From Polaromonas sp. (lineage in GTDB: Bacteria; Pseudomonadota; Gammaproteobacteria; Burkholderiales; Burkholderiaceae_C): a stretch of DNA of 25,735 bases. Location of the stretch: positions 1-25,735 of the forward strand of contig JANOSN010000552.1 in NCBI GenBank assembly GCA_031415895.1, in the 5' to 3' direction. A model generated the notes under the pieces. The model saw only the letters and a program-made list of their open reading frames with translations, searched no databases and was not told the origin of the DNA. Positions 17,889-25,735 of this stretch are shown piece by piece; positions within the stretch are counted from its first letter, which is position 1, and each line of letters opens with the position of its first letter. Position numbers and translations under genes: made by a program.

Positions 17889-18865
17889 GGCGTTCCACGC
17901 GCTGGGCAGCATCGGCCGTGATCGGCCTGGCCCTTGCCGCGGTGTGGATAGCCTGGCGATTTGACAGCGACATCAAAACCGCCCGCGCAAGGTCTGCCCA
18001 AGGCAGCGTCATGGTCACTACCCGCTGCGGGCCGATTGAATACCAAGAGGCAGGCACCGGTGTTCCTTTGCTAATGGTGCACGGCAGCGGCGGTGGACAT
18101 GACCAGGGCATGGCATTTGCCGGCAAGTTGGCCCAGCGCGGTATCCGCGTGATTGCCATGTCGCGCTTTGGCTACCTGCGGACACCCATGCCTGCTGATG
18201 CGTCGCCCGCAGCGCAGGCTGATGCGCATGTATGTCTGCTTGATGCGCTGGGTATAGCGCAGACAGCTGTGGCGGGTGGCTCAGCAGGCGGCCCGTCGGC
18301 ATTGCAGATGGCCATTCGCCACCCGGATCGTGTCAGTGCGCTGGTATTGCTGGTGCCGCTGGCCTACAAACCCAGCACATCTGCAGACTCAGCCAAGCCA
18401 TTGGCGCCGTGGGCTGAGGCGCTGTTGATGCGGCTGATTGGTTCAGACTTTTTGTTCTGGGCTGCGCTTCACGTCGCTAGAGACCAAGTTATCCAATACG
18501 TACTGGCAACGCCGCCTGAGCAAGTGAGTAATGCCAGCCCAGATGAGCGCGCTCGCGTCAACGCCATACTCGACCACATACTGCCCGTTTCCACGCGCGC
18601 CGCAGGCTTGCGCAGCGACTCGGTGCTGGGCAAAAGTCTCGGCCCCTCCGCTCTTGATACAGTTCGCGCTCCTACGCTCATCGTCAGTGTGCGTGATGAC
18701 GGTTTTGGCACCTACGCCAGCTCGGAGTACACCGCAAGCCAGATCAAAGGTGCGAAGTTCGTTGGCTTTGAGCAGGGCGGCCATGTTTGGGTCGGTCATC
18801 AAGATGCGGTGCAAGTGGAGATCGTGAACCTGCTAGTACCCAAAGTACCGAGGGCCAAACCGTGA
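17885..18865 (+). CDS. Alpha/beta hydrolase with N-terminal membrane anchor
   Basis: LMVHGSGGG oxyanion region, GGSAG nucleophile elbow, DD and GGH catalytic candidates. ATGA-coupled. Confidence 0.9.
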   Translation: MRRSTRWAASAVIGLALAAVWIAWRFDSDIKTARARSAQGSVMVTTRCGPIEYQEAGTGVPLLMVHGSGGGHDQGMAFAGKLAQRGIRVIAMSRFGYLRTPMPADASPAAQADAHVCLLDALGIAQTAVAGGSAGGPSALQMAIRHPDRVSALVLLVPLAYKPSTSADSAKPLAPWAEALLMRLIGSDFLFWAALHVARDQVIQYVLATPPEQVSNASPDERARVNAILDHILPVSTRAAGLRSDSVLGKSLGPSALDTVRAPTLIVSVRDDGFGTYASSEYTASQIKGAKFVGFEQGGHVWVGHQDAVQVEIVNLLVPKVPRAKP

Positions 18866-20181
18866 ACATGAAGCCCTCGCCGTTCTGCATGGTTAGCGGG
18901 CGTAATCGACTCCTTCGGCTTGGTTTGGCCGTGGCGCTTAGCTTGGGCGTAATGGCGCTAGCCATTTTCGTTGCGCTTAGGTTCATGCTGCCAGTGTTTC
19001 ACTTTCCGAGTCCTGGCGGCCCTTACGCGATAGGCACATTGAACTACCATTGGGTCGATAGTGACCGAACAGATGTCTTCAGCACGGATGCGAATGCCCG
19101 GCGCGAGCTGATGGTGCAAATCTGGTATCCCGCCAATGCAACCGAGTCACTGTCATCTTCATCACCATCGCCTCGCGCACCTTATGTGCAAAACGCCAGT
19201 GCGCTTGCACAGGCCCTCTCGCAGCTGAAAAATTTGCCGGCTGGCCTATTTGGGCAGTTCAAATATGTCACAACCCACGCCGTGCCTGGCGCAACTGTGG
19301 CCGATGAAAAGCCCCACTATCCAGTGCTCATTTTTTTGGAGGGTGCTATCGGCTTTCGCCAGATGAACACCTTCCAGGTGGAGGCATTGGTGTCGCAGGG
19401 CTACATCGTTGCGGCGATCGATCAACCTTATACTGCGGCAGTGGTCGTTTTTCCGGATGGACGCGAAGTGGGTGCACTGCCGCTCGATCAGATGATGCCT
19501 TTGATCCGCCAAAGCCACAGCCCTAGTGCAATTGCACCTAGGTTTAACGGACTCACATTCGAGAAAGGAATCGTCCCTTATCTTGCGCAAGACGTCAGCT
19601 TCACGCTCAATCAACTCGCTACGCTTCATCAGGCCGACCCCAAAGCAATCTTGACCGGGCGGCTGGACCTGAGGCATGTTGGTACATTTGGTGTCTCATT
19701 GGGGGGCATCGTCGGCAGTGAAGCCTGCCGGACTGAGCCGCGCTTGCGCGCCTGCCTTTTCATGGACGCCCCCATGCCGGTGGACGTAGTCAAATCTGGT
19801 TTGCAACAGCCCGCTCTATGGATCACCCGCGATGTCGAAACCATGCGGCTGGAGAGGCGGCGGTCAGGCGGCTGGTTAGAGGAGGAAATTAGCGAACACC
19901 AGACCAGCATGCGGGCAGCGTTCGCAAGGTCGCACGGGGCGGGCTACTTCGTAGAGGTGCCGGGCATGTTCCACGTCAATTTGACCGACATCCCTTACTG
20001 GTCTCCACTCCTACCCTGGCTAGGTATCACCGGCCCAATCGATGCGGAGCGGGCACACCACATCATCAACGCCTACTCTTTGGCGTTTTTCAACCAGCAC
20101 CTGCTGGGTCGCGCGGAGGCGTTGATGGATGCCCCGCCAAGTCAATATCACGAGGTTATCTTCAATGCGCGCAAACCTTGA
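18862..20181 (+). CDS. PAF-acetylhydrolase-like alpha/beta hydrolase (carboxylic ester hydrolase); start GTG 18862 or ATG 18868
   Basis: P.GPYAIGT, RELMVQIWYP, YPVLIF, GYIVAAIDQPY, GVSLG elbow and GMFHVNLTD motifs. GTGA overlap with the upstream stop. Confidence 0.87.
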   Translation: MNMKPSPFCMVSGRNRLLRLGLAVALSLGVMALAIFVALRFMLPVFHFPSPGGPYAIGTLNYHWVDSDRTDVFSTDANARRELMVQIWYPANATESLSSSSPSPRAPYVQNASALAQALSQLKNLPAGLFGQFKYVTTHAVPGATVADEKPHYPVLIFLEGAIGFRQMNTFQVEALVSQGYIVAAIDQPYTAAVVVFPDGREVGALPLDQMMPLIRQSHSPSAIAPRFNGLTFEKGIVPYLAQDVSFTLNQLATLHQADPKAILTGRLDLRHVGTFGVSLGGIVGSEACRTEPRLRACLFMDAPMPVDVVKSGLQQPALWITRDVETMRLERRRSGGWLEEEISEHQTSMRAAFARSHGAGYFVEVPGMFHVNLTDIPYWSPLLPWLGITGPIDAERAHHIINAYSLAFFNQHLLGRAEALMDAPPSQYHEVIFNARKP

Positions 20182-20986
20182 TCCAGTGGGTCCATCACAC
20201 CGTCTCCCAGCTTTCTTCCTGCTGGTCTTCGCGTTCTCCGTTCCGTTTTGGTTGATAGGCGGCGCGACCGATCTACAGTTGATGCCGGGGCTTTCGGTGA
20301 GTGCGCTCATGGGCTTTTGTCCCATGAGCGCGGCGTTGATACTGGTTTACCGGGATGGAGGAGTCGCAGGCGCGCGGGCGCTGCTCGTGCGATCTTTTGA
20401 TTTCAAGCGCATCCAAGACAAGCGCTGGCTGGTTCCAGTTCTGCTGTTGATGCCTGCCGTCAGCTTGGTGGTTTTTGGCCTGCTGCGCTGGATGAATATG
20501 CCGCTACCCGCAGTGCAATTTCATCTATTTCCTGCGCTGCTGATTTTTATCGCCTTCTTTGTGGAGGGATTGGGCGAAGAGTTGGGCTGGTCTGGCTATG
20601 CACTTGAGCCGATGCAAGCGCGCTGGGGCGCATTGGGTGCAGCTCTGCTGCTGGGGCTGGCGGGTATCGCTTGGCATCTCACGCCGCTGCTACTGATGGG
20701 CCGCTCACCGCTATGGATTGCCTGGTGGGGCTTGTATGCGCTGACATTTCGGATTTTTATCGTCTGGCTGTACAACAACAATGGCAGAAGCGTGTTTGCG
20801 GTGGCGCTGTTTCACGCTACGTTGAACATGGCTTACGTGCTGTTTCCAGTTTACGGATCATATTTTGATATGCGTCTTGCGGGACTCGTGATGGCAGGTG
20901 CAGCCTTGCAGGTCATCGTGTTTTGGGGGCCCAAAACCCTCACCAGATATACGGGAAAAGGCACTGTGCACCCAGCACAGGAATGA
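20165..20986 (+). CDS. Second CPBP family intramembrane metalloprotease (start uncertain)
   Basis: GEELGWSGYA, GIAWHLTP and FHATLN motifs; multi-TM. Confidence 0.87.
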   Translation: MRANLDPVGPSHRLPAFFLLVFAFSVPFWLIGGATDLQLMPGLSVSALMGFCPMSAALILVYRDGGVAGARALLVRSFDFKRIQDKRWLVPVLLLMPAVSLVVFGLLRWMNMPLPAVQFHLFPALLIFIAFFVEGLGEELGWSGYALEPMQARWGALGAALLLGLAGIAWHLTPLLLMGRSPLWIAWWGLYALTFRIFIVWLYNNNGRSVFAVALFHATLNMAYVLFPVYGSYFDMRLAGLVMAGAALQVIVFWGPKTLTRYTGKGTVHPAQE

Positions 20987-21049
20987 AAAACACTATGGTT
21001 TTAATAGCATAATAGTTAATAGATACCTGGACTACCGGCATATTTCGCC

Positions 21050-21068
21050 ACTACTGTCCAGTAAATTT
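21050..21068. repeat. IS terminal inverted repeat at the transposase 3' end
   Basis: ACTACTGTCCAGTAAATTT versus the reverse complement of 22247-22265, ACTACTGTCCGGTTAATTT. Confidence 0.85.
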
Positions 21069-22124
21069 TAAAGTAACTCCATTTGAGAGTCCAAGGCAGG
21101 GTCAGAGTCTGTAGATTGAGCGATTTTAATCATCTCCACAATGGAGATTTTTTCGAACATATTGACCTCGACGAGGTGCAGCAATAGCTGCAAACTCAAG
21201 TTCAGTTTGAGCGTTTTGTGGGCAATCAGTACAGTCAAATAAACGCATACGGCAATCCATATTTGTGATTTAACCGCATTAATCGAATTACCAAAGAAGT
21301 GCTTGATGCTCAAATTTTGCTTGAGCCATTTAAAGAACAGCTCAATGCGCCAGCGCTGCTTATAAATCTGCGCAATCGTCAAAGCGGGTAAATCCCATCG
21401 ATTGGTCAGCGCGCAATCCCGTGCTTTCATCAACTTCGTATTCGGCCAGTACCCGGTGGCGCAAATTGGCTCTGGCGCGTACCACAAAGTTGATTTTTCT
21501 GTGTCCTAGTTCCCGCAGACGCGCAAAGTCAATATAGCCTCTATCGAGCACCACCGTGGCATGCGCTGGCAGGGTGATTTCCCTTAGCAAATTGAGGTCG
21601 TTGACCCGGCCCTCTGTAATGCTGAGGAACACCGGAATGCAGCCGCGCAGATCAATCACAGTATGCGCTTTAACGGCCGCCTTGGTCTGCGTGAAATCGG
21701 CCCATGGAAACAGCGTGAGACACAGATCGATGACGGTGGAATCCATGGCATACAAAGGCTCTTGTAAGCCTAGCGGGTGTGCATCATGCTGGTGTAGCTC
21801 CAAAGCCTGGGCAATCAAACGCTGCCCCAGGGATTCAAACAGTTGCCAATCGCGCCTCTCGCTGGCGTCCGCCAGCGTAGAGCGCGATATGCGGTGGCGT
21901 ATGCCCAGGTGATAGAGCCGACTGCGGTGCGAGTTTAAACAGGCCACCAGATCACGCAAGCCCTCCCTGCGGGTGATCTGTGCATAAGCGAGGCAGACGA
22001 AATGGCTCCATGCAGGCAGTGTCTTACTCCAGCGATTGGCCCCCGATTTATCCACCAAATATTCAAAGTGTTTGTAGGGCACAAAATCGAGTAATTGTGC
22101 GAAGACCGTGCGACCTTTGAACAT
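21068..22124 (-). pseudogene. IS4-family DDE transposase (DUF4372-type N-terminus), internally deleted and frameshifted
   Basis: MFKGRTVFAQLL, AMDSTVIDL, VLDRGYID in one frame; Y..RWRIELFFKWLKQNLSIK in another. The frames join at 21402-21409. Confidence 0.9.
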
Positions 22125-22246
22125 AACGGCAACCACCTTCAAAGTGGCTACGTTAATCGCTCGGCGCGAGGGTGCGTTTGAAGTCGTCCGAATCGCAAAA
22201 CGCTTGCAAACCTAGGCTGGATGCGGGTTCGGGCGGTTTAGGCGGG

Positions 22247-22265
22247 AAATTAACCGGACAGTAGT
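22247..22265. repeat. IS terminal inverted repeat at the transposase 5' end
   Basis: AAATTAACCGGACAGTAGT, partner of 21050-21068. Confidence 0.85.
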
Positions 22266-22328
22266 AATATTTTATGCATAAATTGTGCTGCGCATTGCAA
22301 TACGAATTTTTTCAGATTCACCTAATTA

Positions 22329-22348
22329 GGTTCGGCAACGCACAGACA
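22329..22348 (+). promoter_or_regulatory. Degenerate palindromic site 6 (GGTTCG-GCAA-CGCACA-GACA), upstream of the 22395 gene
   Basis: Right arm and GACA are perfect, the left arm has mismatches, and there is no N-A-N3-T hexamer at +21. Confidence 0.5.
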
Positions 22349-22394
22349 CCCATACCAAAGATGGTGTCTACTAATTTATTTGAAAGTAACCATC

Positions 22395-22721
22395 ATGCCT
22401 TCAACCGAGTGGAGCGCAAAGCGCAAGCGCCAATACCAGCACATCAAGGACAGCGTGTTGGCACGTGGCCAGAGTGAATCTTTGGCCGAAGAGATCGCTG
22501 CGCGCACCGTGAACAAGGAGCGCGCGCAACACGGTGAATCTGTAGAGGCCAGTGCATCGTCACTCAACGACATGCCAGCAGGTCGGCGTGGTGGCCTCAG
22601 ATCGCACCAGGGGGCGGGGGGGCGCACCGTAGCGCAGCTTCGCAACGAGGCCAGCCAGCGCAATGTAGCGGGGCGCTCAAGCATGAACAAGGCACAGCTG
22701 GAACAGGCGCTTGCGCATTGA
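22395..22721 (+). CDS. Small basic conserved protein (often annotated 'plasmid stabilization protein'); ChaB-like N-terminus, Rho-N-like C-terminus
   Basis: RQYQHIKDS...EEIAARTVNKERA and RTVAQLRNEASQRNVAGRSSMNKAQLEQAL. ATG 22395. Confidence 0.78.
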   Translation: MPSTEWSAKRKRQYQHIKDSVLARGQSESLAEEIAARTVNKERAQHGESVEASASSLNDMPAGRRGGLRSHQGAGGRTVAQLRNEASQRNVAGRSSMNKAQLEQALAH

Positions 22722-22731
22722 CCCATTCACT

Positions 22732-23421
22732 ATGAGACATATTGAAAGACACCGCACCTCACGTATCGGTTGGCTGCGCGCCGCGGTGTTGGGTGCGAAT
22801 GACGGCATTGTCTCCACCTCTAGCCTGATAATAGGCGTTGCGGCTGCAAGCATAAGCCAAAACAGCTTGCTACTGACGGGTGTAGCGGGGCTCGTGGCGG
22901 GCGCCATGTCGATGGCGGCCGGAGAATATGTGTCAGTACATTCACAGGCCGATACCGAAAAAGCAGACTTGGCCCGCGAACGCGCTGAACTTATGAAAGA
23001 CCCAGTCGCTGAGCACAAAGAACTTGCAGCAGTGTATGTCAAGCGCGGGTTGGATGCCACGCTGGCAAGCCAAGTGTCTGACCAGTTAATGAAGCACGAT
23101 GCATTGGGCACGCATGCGCGGGAGGAGTTGGGTATTTCTGAACTTCAAAGTGCAAAACCGATTCAGGCAGCGCTCTCGTCAGCGGCCAGTTTTGCCGTTG
23201 GGGCAGCGCTTCCGTTGGGTGTCACAGCGCTAGCTGGTGGGCCATACCTAATGCCGTGGATAGCAGCCACGTCTTTGGCCTTTTTGGCTATGTTAGGAGT
23301 CTTGGCTGCCAAAGCAGGGGGTGCCAACCTTTGGACAAGTGCGTGGCGCGTCACATTCTGGGGTGCATTAGCCATGCTCATCACGGCAGGTGTGGGTTCG
23401 TTGTTTGGGGCTGTGGTGTGA
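22732..23421 (+). CDS. VIT1/CCC1 family transporter (Fe/Mn)
   Basis: LRAAVLGANDGIVS, GAMSMAAGEYVSV and HAREELG motifs. Confidence 0.93.
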   Translation: MRHIERHRTSRIGWLRAAVLGANDGIVSTSSLIIGVAAASISQNSLLLTGVAGLVAGAMSMAAGEYVSVHSQADTEKADLARERAELMKDPVAEHKELAAVYVKRGLDATLASQVSDQLMKHDALGTHAREELGISELQSAKPIQAALSSAASFAVGAALPLGVTALAGGPYLMPWIAATSLAFLAMLGVLAAKAGGANLWTSAWRVTFWGALAMLITAGVGSLFGAVV

Positions 23422-24614
23422 AAACGCGGCGAACACCCGATGCTGTGGCCACTAAATTTGGTGTACATCCCGATGTAGTGAAACTCGGATTGGTCAGCTT
23501 CTTGACCGATCTCAGCTCGGAGATGATCTTCTCGGTGTTCGCGATATTCTTCACTACCATTGCAGGTGCTTCGGTAGCTTTACTGGGCCTAGTAGAAGGC
23601 TTGGCCGATTTGTCCGCCTCGTCACTCAACTACTATGCAGGCTGGCTGTCAGACCGCACGGGGAAACGCAAAATATTCGCACTTGCAGGTTACGGTTTTT
23701 CTACCCTCGCCAAGGTCATCTTGTTAGTCAGCAGTTCAATTACAGGCTTGATGGTATTTCGCGTCATTGAAAGGCTGGGTAAGGGTTTCAGAGGTCCCCC
23801 GCGTGATGCTTGGCTTTCTGCCGTGGCTGATAGTAAAAGCCGAGGCTATGCATTCGGTGTACATAAGGCACTGGATAAATCGGGTGCTGTGCTCGGGCCA
23901 CTTGTGGCTTACGGACTACTGTCATGGCTGGGAGACGGCGCGTCAACCTACCACACTTTGTTCTGGATCGCATTAGTGCCCGCCATACTCGGGGTTGTAG
24001 CGCTGAGCTTTATCAAAGACCAGCCTGCACCAGAGCGTTCACGCGAGAGCATGCTGCAGACGTGGCAAAGTCTGAGCCCTGCATTCAAACGCTACCTAAT
24101 AAGCGCAGGCATTTTTTCGCTAGCCTACTTCAGTTTTGGATTTCTAATGTTGCGGGCTAATAGCGTGGGCTTCTCGGTTAAGGGCACTGTACTGCTGTAT
24201 GCAATGTTTAACATTGCTTGCGTCATCGCTGCGCCGCTGATTGGCAAGCTCAGCGACCGCGTAGGCAGGCCAAGAATGATCATGCTGGGCTATATCACTT
24301 ATCTGTTAATGAGCTTAGGTTTTGTGTTTGCAAGCACGCAGTGGGAGATTGTGGTGCTGTTCATTTTGTACGGGATTTTTTATGCTGTAGATGAAGCTCA
24401 AAACAAAGCTTTTATCGTCGATTTGGAGGCCGAGCGGCGTGCATCGGCTATTGGTCTGTACAACCTTATAACTGGTGCCATTTATTTGCCTGCATCATTG
24501 ATCGCAGGCGCATTGTGGATATTCAATCCTGCCAGCGCCTTTTTGCTATCAGCGGCTCTTGCCTTGGCAGCACTGGTAGTTTTCACACTAACTCGCCCCG
24601 ACCATCCGCACTAA
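23418..24614 (+). CDS. MFS transporter
   Basis: GTG start overlaps the VIT stop. VSFLTDLSSEM, GWLSDRTGKRK, RLGKGFRGPPRDA and GKLSDRVGR motifs; about 12 TMs. Confidence 0.9.
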   Translation: MKTRRTPDAVATKFGVHPDVVKLGLVSFLTDLSSEMIFSVFAIFFTTIAGASVALLGLVEGLADLSASSLNYYAGWLSDRTGKRKIFALAGYGFSTLAKVILLVSSSITGLMVFRVIERLGKGFRGPPRDAWLSAVADSKSRGYAFGVHKALDKSGAVLGPLVAYGLLSWLGDGASTYHTLFWIALVPAILGVVALSFIKDQPAPERSRESMLQTWQSLSPAFKRYLISAGIFSLAYFSFGFLMLRANSVGFSVKGTVLLYAMFNIACVIAAPLIGKLSDRVGRPRMIMLGYITYLLMSLGFVFASTQWEIVVLFILYGIFYAVDEAQNKAFIVDLEAERRASAIGLYNLITGAIYLPASLIAGALWIFNPASAFLLSAALALAALVVFTLTRPDHPH

Positions 24615-24657
24615 GGTGCGATAGCGCACTGAACTTTTACACCGGAGGCTCTAATCT
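24615..24657 (+). promoter_or_regulatory. Palindromic site 7 (GGTGCG-ATAG-CGCACT, 24615-24630) plus -10 TAATCT (24652-24657), upstream of the Acg-like gene
   Basis: Begins right after the MFS stop; TANNNT hexamer 21 nt after the core; AAGGA RBS and ATG at 24678. Confidence 0.72.
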
Positions 24658-24677
24658 TCGCAAAGTAAGGAATCACA

Positions 24678-25735
24678 ATGATCACACGCCAAAAGTTTAT
24701 CCATGGCGCAACCGCATCTACCTTGGTTGCCGTAGGTGCCCCTTTCATCCTGCAAGCCTGCTCGTCAGAAAGCGGCGATGAGAGTTACAACGCCAGTCTG
24801 CGCAGCACGTGGCATCCAGCAAAAGCGCCACCGGGAGACAGTATGTTGCTTCGCCAAGAACTGGTGCGGTACGCGACGCTGGCATCATCAAGCCACAATA
24901 CACAGTGCTGGAAATTTCGCGTTGAAGACAAAGCCATCACTATTCTGCCCGACCTTACGCGGCGCACGCCTGCGGTGGACCCAGACGACCATCACCTGTA
25001 CGCGTCATTGGGCTGTGCTGCAGAAAATTTGGTGCACGCAGCGCTTGCCAATGGACTAAATGGGGATGCACATTTCGACCCGACTTCAGAAGTCGATGGT
25101 GCAATCAAGGTTATCTTAGAGCCTACCAAATCATTCATATCGCCGCACTATCTTGCTATACCTGAGCGCCAGTGCACCCGCGGCGAATACGACAGCAAAC
25201 CTTTGTCTGCCCAAGAATTACGTCTGCTACAACTGGCTGGTACAGGTATGGGTGTTAGGGTAATAATGCTGACCGAGAAGGCGGCGCTAGAAAGAGTATT
25301 GACCTACGTGGTTGAGGGCAATACGGCGCAAATGAACGATTCTGCATTTGTTGAAGAGCTTAAACATTGGATTCGTTTTAGCCGCAATGAGGCAGTTAAA
25401 ACAGGTGACGGGTTGTACAGTGCAACATCAGGAAACCCGTCGATACCCCGTTGGATTGGTGACCCGCTCTTTGGCATGTTTTTCAAGCCAAAGAACGAAA
25501 ACGATAAGTATGCCAAACATCTGCGCAGCTCGGCTGGGGTTGCGATTTTTGTGTCTGATGCCAATGACAAAATGCATTGGGTTGAAGCGGGACGATGCTA
25601 CGAACGTTTTTCTCTACAAGCAACCGCGTTGGGCATACGCAATGCCTTGGTTAACCAACCGGTTGAGGTATCCAATGTGCGGCAGCAGTTTGCAACCGCG
25701 TTTAATATTCAAGGGGGCAGGCCTGATCTGGTGGT
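24678..25735 (+). CDS. Acg-family FMN-binding nitroreductase-like protein with Tat-like/lipoprotein signal, 3'-truncated by window edge
   Basis: Translated by hand and open to the window end. MITRQKFIHG...LQAC, then LVRYATLASSSHNTQCWKF, VDPDDHHLYASLGCAAENL, WVEAGRCYERFSLQATALG and NQPVE. Confidence 0.87.
   Translation, partial: MITRQKFIHGATASTLVAVGAPFILQACSSESGDESYNASLRSTWHPAKAPPGDSMLLRQELVRYATLASSSHNTQCWKFRVEDKAITILPDLTRRTPAVDPDDHHLYASLGCAAENLVHAALANGLNGDAHFDPTSEVDGAIKVILEPTKSFISPHYLAIPERQCTRGEYDSKPLSAQELRLLQLAGTGMGVRVIMLTEKAALERVLTYVVEGNTAQMNDSAFVEELKHWIRFSRNEAVKTGDGLYSATSGNPSIPRWIGDPLFGMFFKPKNENDKYAKHLRSSAGVAIFVSDANDKMHWVEAGRCYERFSLQATALGIRNALVNQPVEVSNVRQQFATAFNIQGGRPDLV

Larger units (their letters stand above)
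21050..22265 (-). mobile_element. Decayed IS4-family insertion sequence
   Basis: Terminal inverted repeats (17/19 match) enclose a DDE transposase remnant. Confidence 0.87.

Noticed and set aside
20964-20980. CTGTGC-ACCCA-GCACAG as an eighth regulon site
   Set aside because: Spacer is one base short, the inner G/C pair is missing and there is no hexamer at +21; it lies in coding sequence.
21040-22275. Target-site duplication of the IS (ATATTTCGC versus ATATTTTAT)
   Set aside because: Only 6/9 match in AT-rich DNA; suggestive but not supportable.
22284-22299. TGTGCTGCGCATTGCA as a second site upstream of 22395
   Set aside because: Only the left pentamer matches; no right arm.
564-25570. Many 60-175 aa antisense or alternate-frame ORFs in the track (e.g. 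812-1336, 4715-5113, 8456-8902, 16146-16628, 22677-23111, 24736-25059)
   Set aside because: They overlap well-supported genes and show no family motifs; shadow ORFs.
1-25735. CRISPR arrays, tRNA/rRNA genes, prophage or defence genes
   Set aside because: No regularly spaced repeats, RNA-gene signatures, or phage/defence motifs recognised. The CPBP 'Abi' name alone is not evidence of phage defence.

Overview
A betaproteobacterial chromosome segment of roughly 50-55% GC by eye. The lineage is inferred as Comamonadaceae-like (Polaromonas/Rhodoferax type) and was not verified. On the minus strand at the left lies an HlyD-adaptor/ABC-permease/ABC-ATPase operon, truncated by the window edge. Almost everything else is on the plus strand: a BON-domain protein, cystine symporter TcyP, an old-yellow-enzyme reductase, an operon (beta-helix membrane protein, DUF6544-like protein, P2A-type ATPase), a ketopantoate-reductase-like pseudogene, a monoheme cytochrome c, two flavodoxin-fold NAD(P)H oxidoreductases, a DUF6064-like protein, a CPBP/hydrolase/hydrolase/CPBP block, a decayed IS4 element (minus-strand transposase), a small Rho-N/ChaB-like protein, a VIT1/CCC1 protein, an MFS transporter and an Acg-like nitroreductase (truncated). 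Two hidden patterns stand out. (1) A 16-bp palindrome, NGTGCG-N4-CGCAC(A/T/G), occurs 7 times upstream of genes. In 6 of 7 copies it sits exactly 21 nt before an N-A-N-N-N-T hexamer, which is the geometry of class II CRP/FNR-activated sigma70 promoters and suggests an uncharacterised stress or low-oxygen regulon. (2) Two or possibly three genes are each followed by a diverged orphan copy of the 3' tail of the gene upstream of them. This suggests repeated gene acquisition by tail-displacing recombination, with no integrase visible. No rRNA, tRNA or CRISPR array was seen. All family calls are by motif recognition only; no database search was run.
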